This document shows positions 15,944 to 16,598 of a DNA stretch of 16,598 nucleotides, in pieces. The DNA comes from Candidatus Sumerlaeia bacterium (GTDB taxonomy: Bacteria; Sumerlaeota; Sumerlaeia; SLMS01): contig JBBQYG010000084.1 of assembly GCA_038208905.1 (NCBI GenBank), positions 1 through 16,598 on the forward strand, read 5' to 3'. The notes below the pieces were generated by a model, which did no database searches, had not been told where the DNA came from, and was given only the letters and a program-made list of their open reading frames with translations. A program made the translations under genes and the position numbers. The first letter of the stretch is position 1. The number at the start of each line of letters is the position of its first letter.

Positions 15944-16598
15944 GTGAGCGGGCATCATGACTTTCTCAATCCCAGGTGCCGACCGGCTACCCTTCGCGCG
16001 TATTCGCCCCGCCGTGCGATTCTTGGGGCAATTCGGTCGGGCCTGCCATCACTGCATGGCCGGTTGCTCGACGTAGGCTCGGGCTATGCGCCCTACAAGC
16101 CCCTCGTCATGGCGCGTGGCTCGCGGGTCGAGGAGTACGTGGGGCTCGACCTGGCTGGGAATCAGTATCAGAAACCGGATATCGAGTGGGATGGGAGGAC
16201 GATGCCCATCGAGTCGGGATCGTTCGACTGCGCGATGGCAACGGAGGTGCTGGAGCACTGCCCCGATCCGCAGGTGGTGTTGAAGGAGATATGCCGCGTC
16301 CTTCGCCCGGGCGGAGCACTGCTGTTTACAGTCCCCTTTCTGTGGCCACTGCATACCGTGCCGTATGACGAATATCGCTACACTCCCTTTTCGCTTCGTC
16401 GCCATTTGACGGAGGCCGGCTTTTCGATTCGCGATCTGAAGGCCCTCGGGGGATATCATGCGGCTCTGGCGCAGATGATCGCGCTGTGGGTCTGGCGACC
16501 TGGCGCCGCCAGGTGGGAGCGTTCGATAACAACTCGCCTCGCGACTCCGATTGTCTATTCGCTGACGCAACGCGACCGCCCACCCACGGAGTTTGGCG
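15944..16598 (+). CDS. Class I SAM-dependent methyltransferase (3' end runs off window)
   Basis: Not in the ORF track. Hand translation from GTG 15944 (GAGG RBS): ...GRLLDVGSGYAPYK...YVGLD...MPIESGSFDCAMATEVLEHCPDP...RVLRPGGALLFTVPFLWPLHTVPYDEYRYTPFSL... The frame is open to the window end. Confidence 0.9.
   Translation, partial: MSGHHDFLNPRCRPATLRAYSPRRAILGAIRSGLPSLHGRLLDVGSGYAPYKPLVMARGSRVEEYVGLDLAGNQYQKPDIEWDGRTMPIESGSFDCAMATEVLEHCPDPQVVLKEICRVLRPGGALLFTVPFLWPLHTVPYDEYRYTPFSLRRHLTEAGFSIRDLKALGGYHAALAQMIALWVWRPGAARWERSITTRLATPIVYSLTQRDRPPTEFG

Noticed and set aside
15976-16583. Track ORFs at the right end (15976..16368, 16049..16570, 16086..16283, 16326..16583)
   Set aside because: Superseded by the unlisted methyltransferase frame starting at 15944, which carries clear motifs.

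Overview
GC-rich bacterial cell-surface glycan region, preceded at the left end by a riboswitch-controlled gene. Minus strand 847-8150 is a tightly coupled 8-gene operon. In transcription order it encodes a TPR protein, a GtrB-like GT2, a short RmlA/SpsI-type nucleotidyltransferase, a polysaccharide-deacetylase-like protein, a WbpD/WbpB/WbpE-like trio and RmlB. The middle holds a Kdo/WaaP-family kinase, a small helical hypothetical protein, a heavily degenerate sigma54-activator-type AAA+ protein with a helical tail instead of an HTH, and a second GT2. The right side is a wzm - Uma2 nuclease - wzt - methyltransferase - methyltransferase unit. The most notable signals are not in the ORF track and lie at 1-847 on the minus strand: an inverted array of 9-bp repeats, a TTGACA promoter element, a SAM-I/IV-like riboswitch aptamer, an intrinsic terminator and an RBS-sequestering hairpin. 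Both hairpins carry a sequence complementary to the aptamer P1 5' strand. They lead into a CDS (427 to <1) that I cannot match to a known methionine/SAM enzyme. All calls come from motif recognition by eye; no searches were run.
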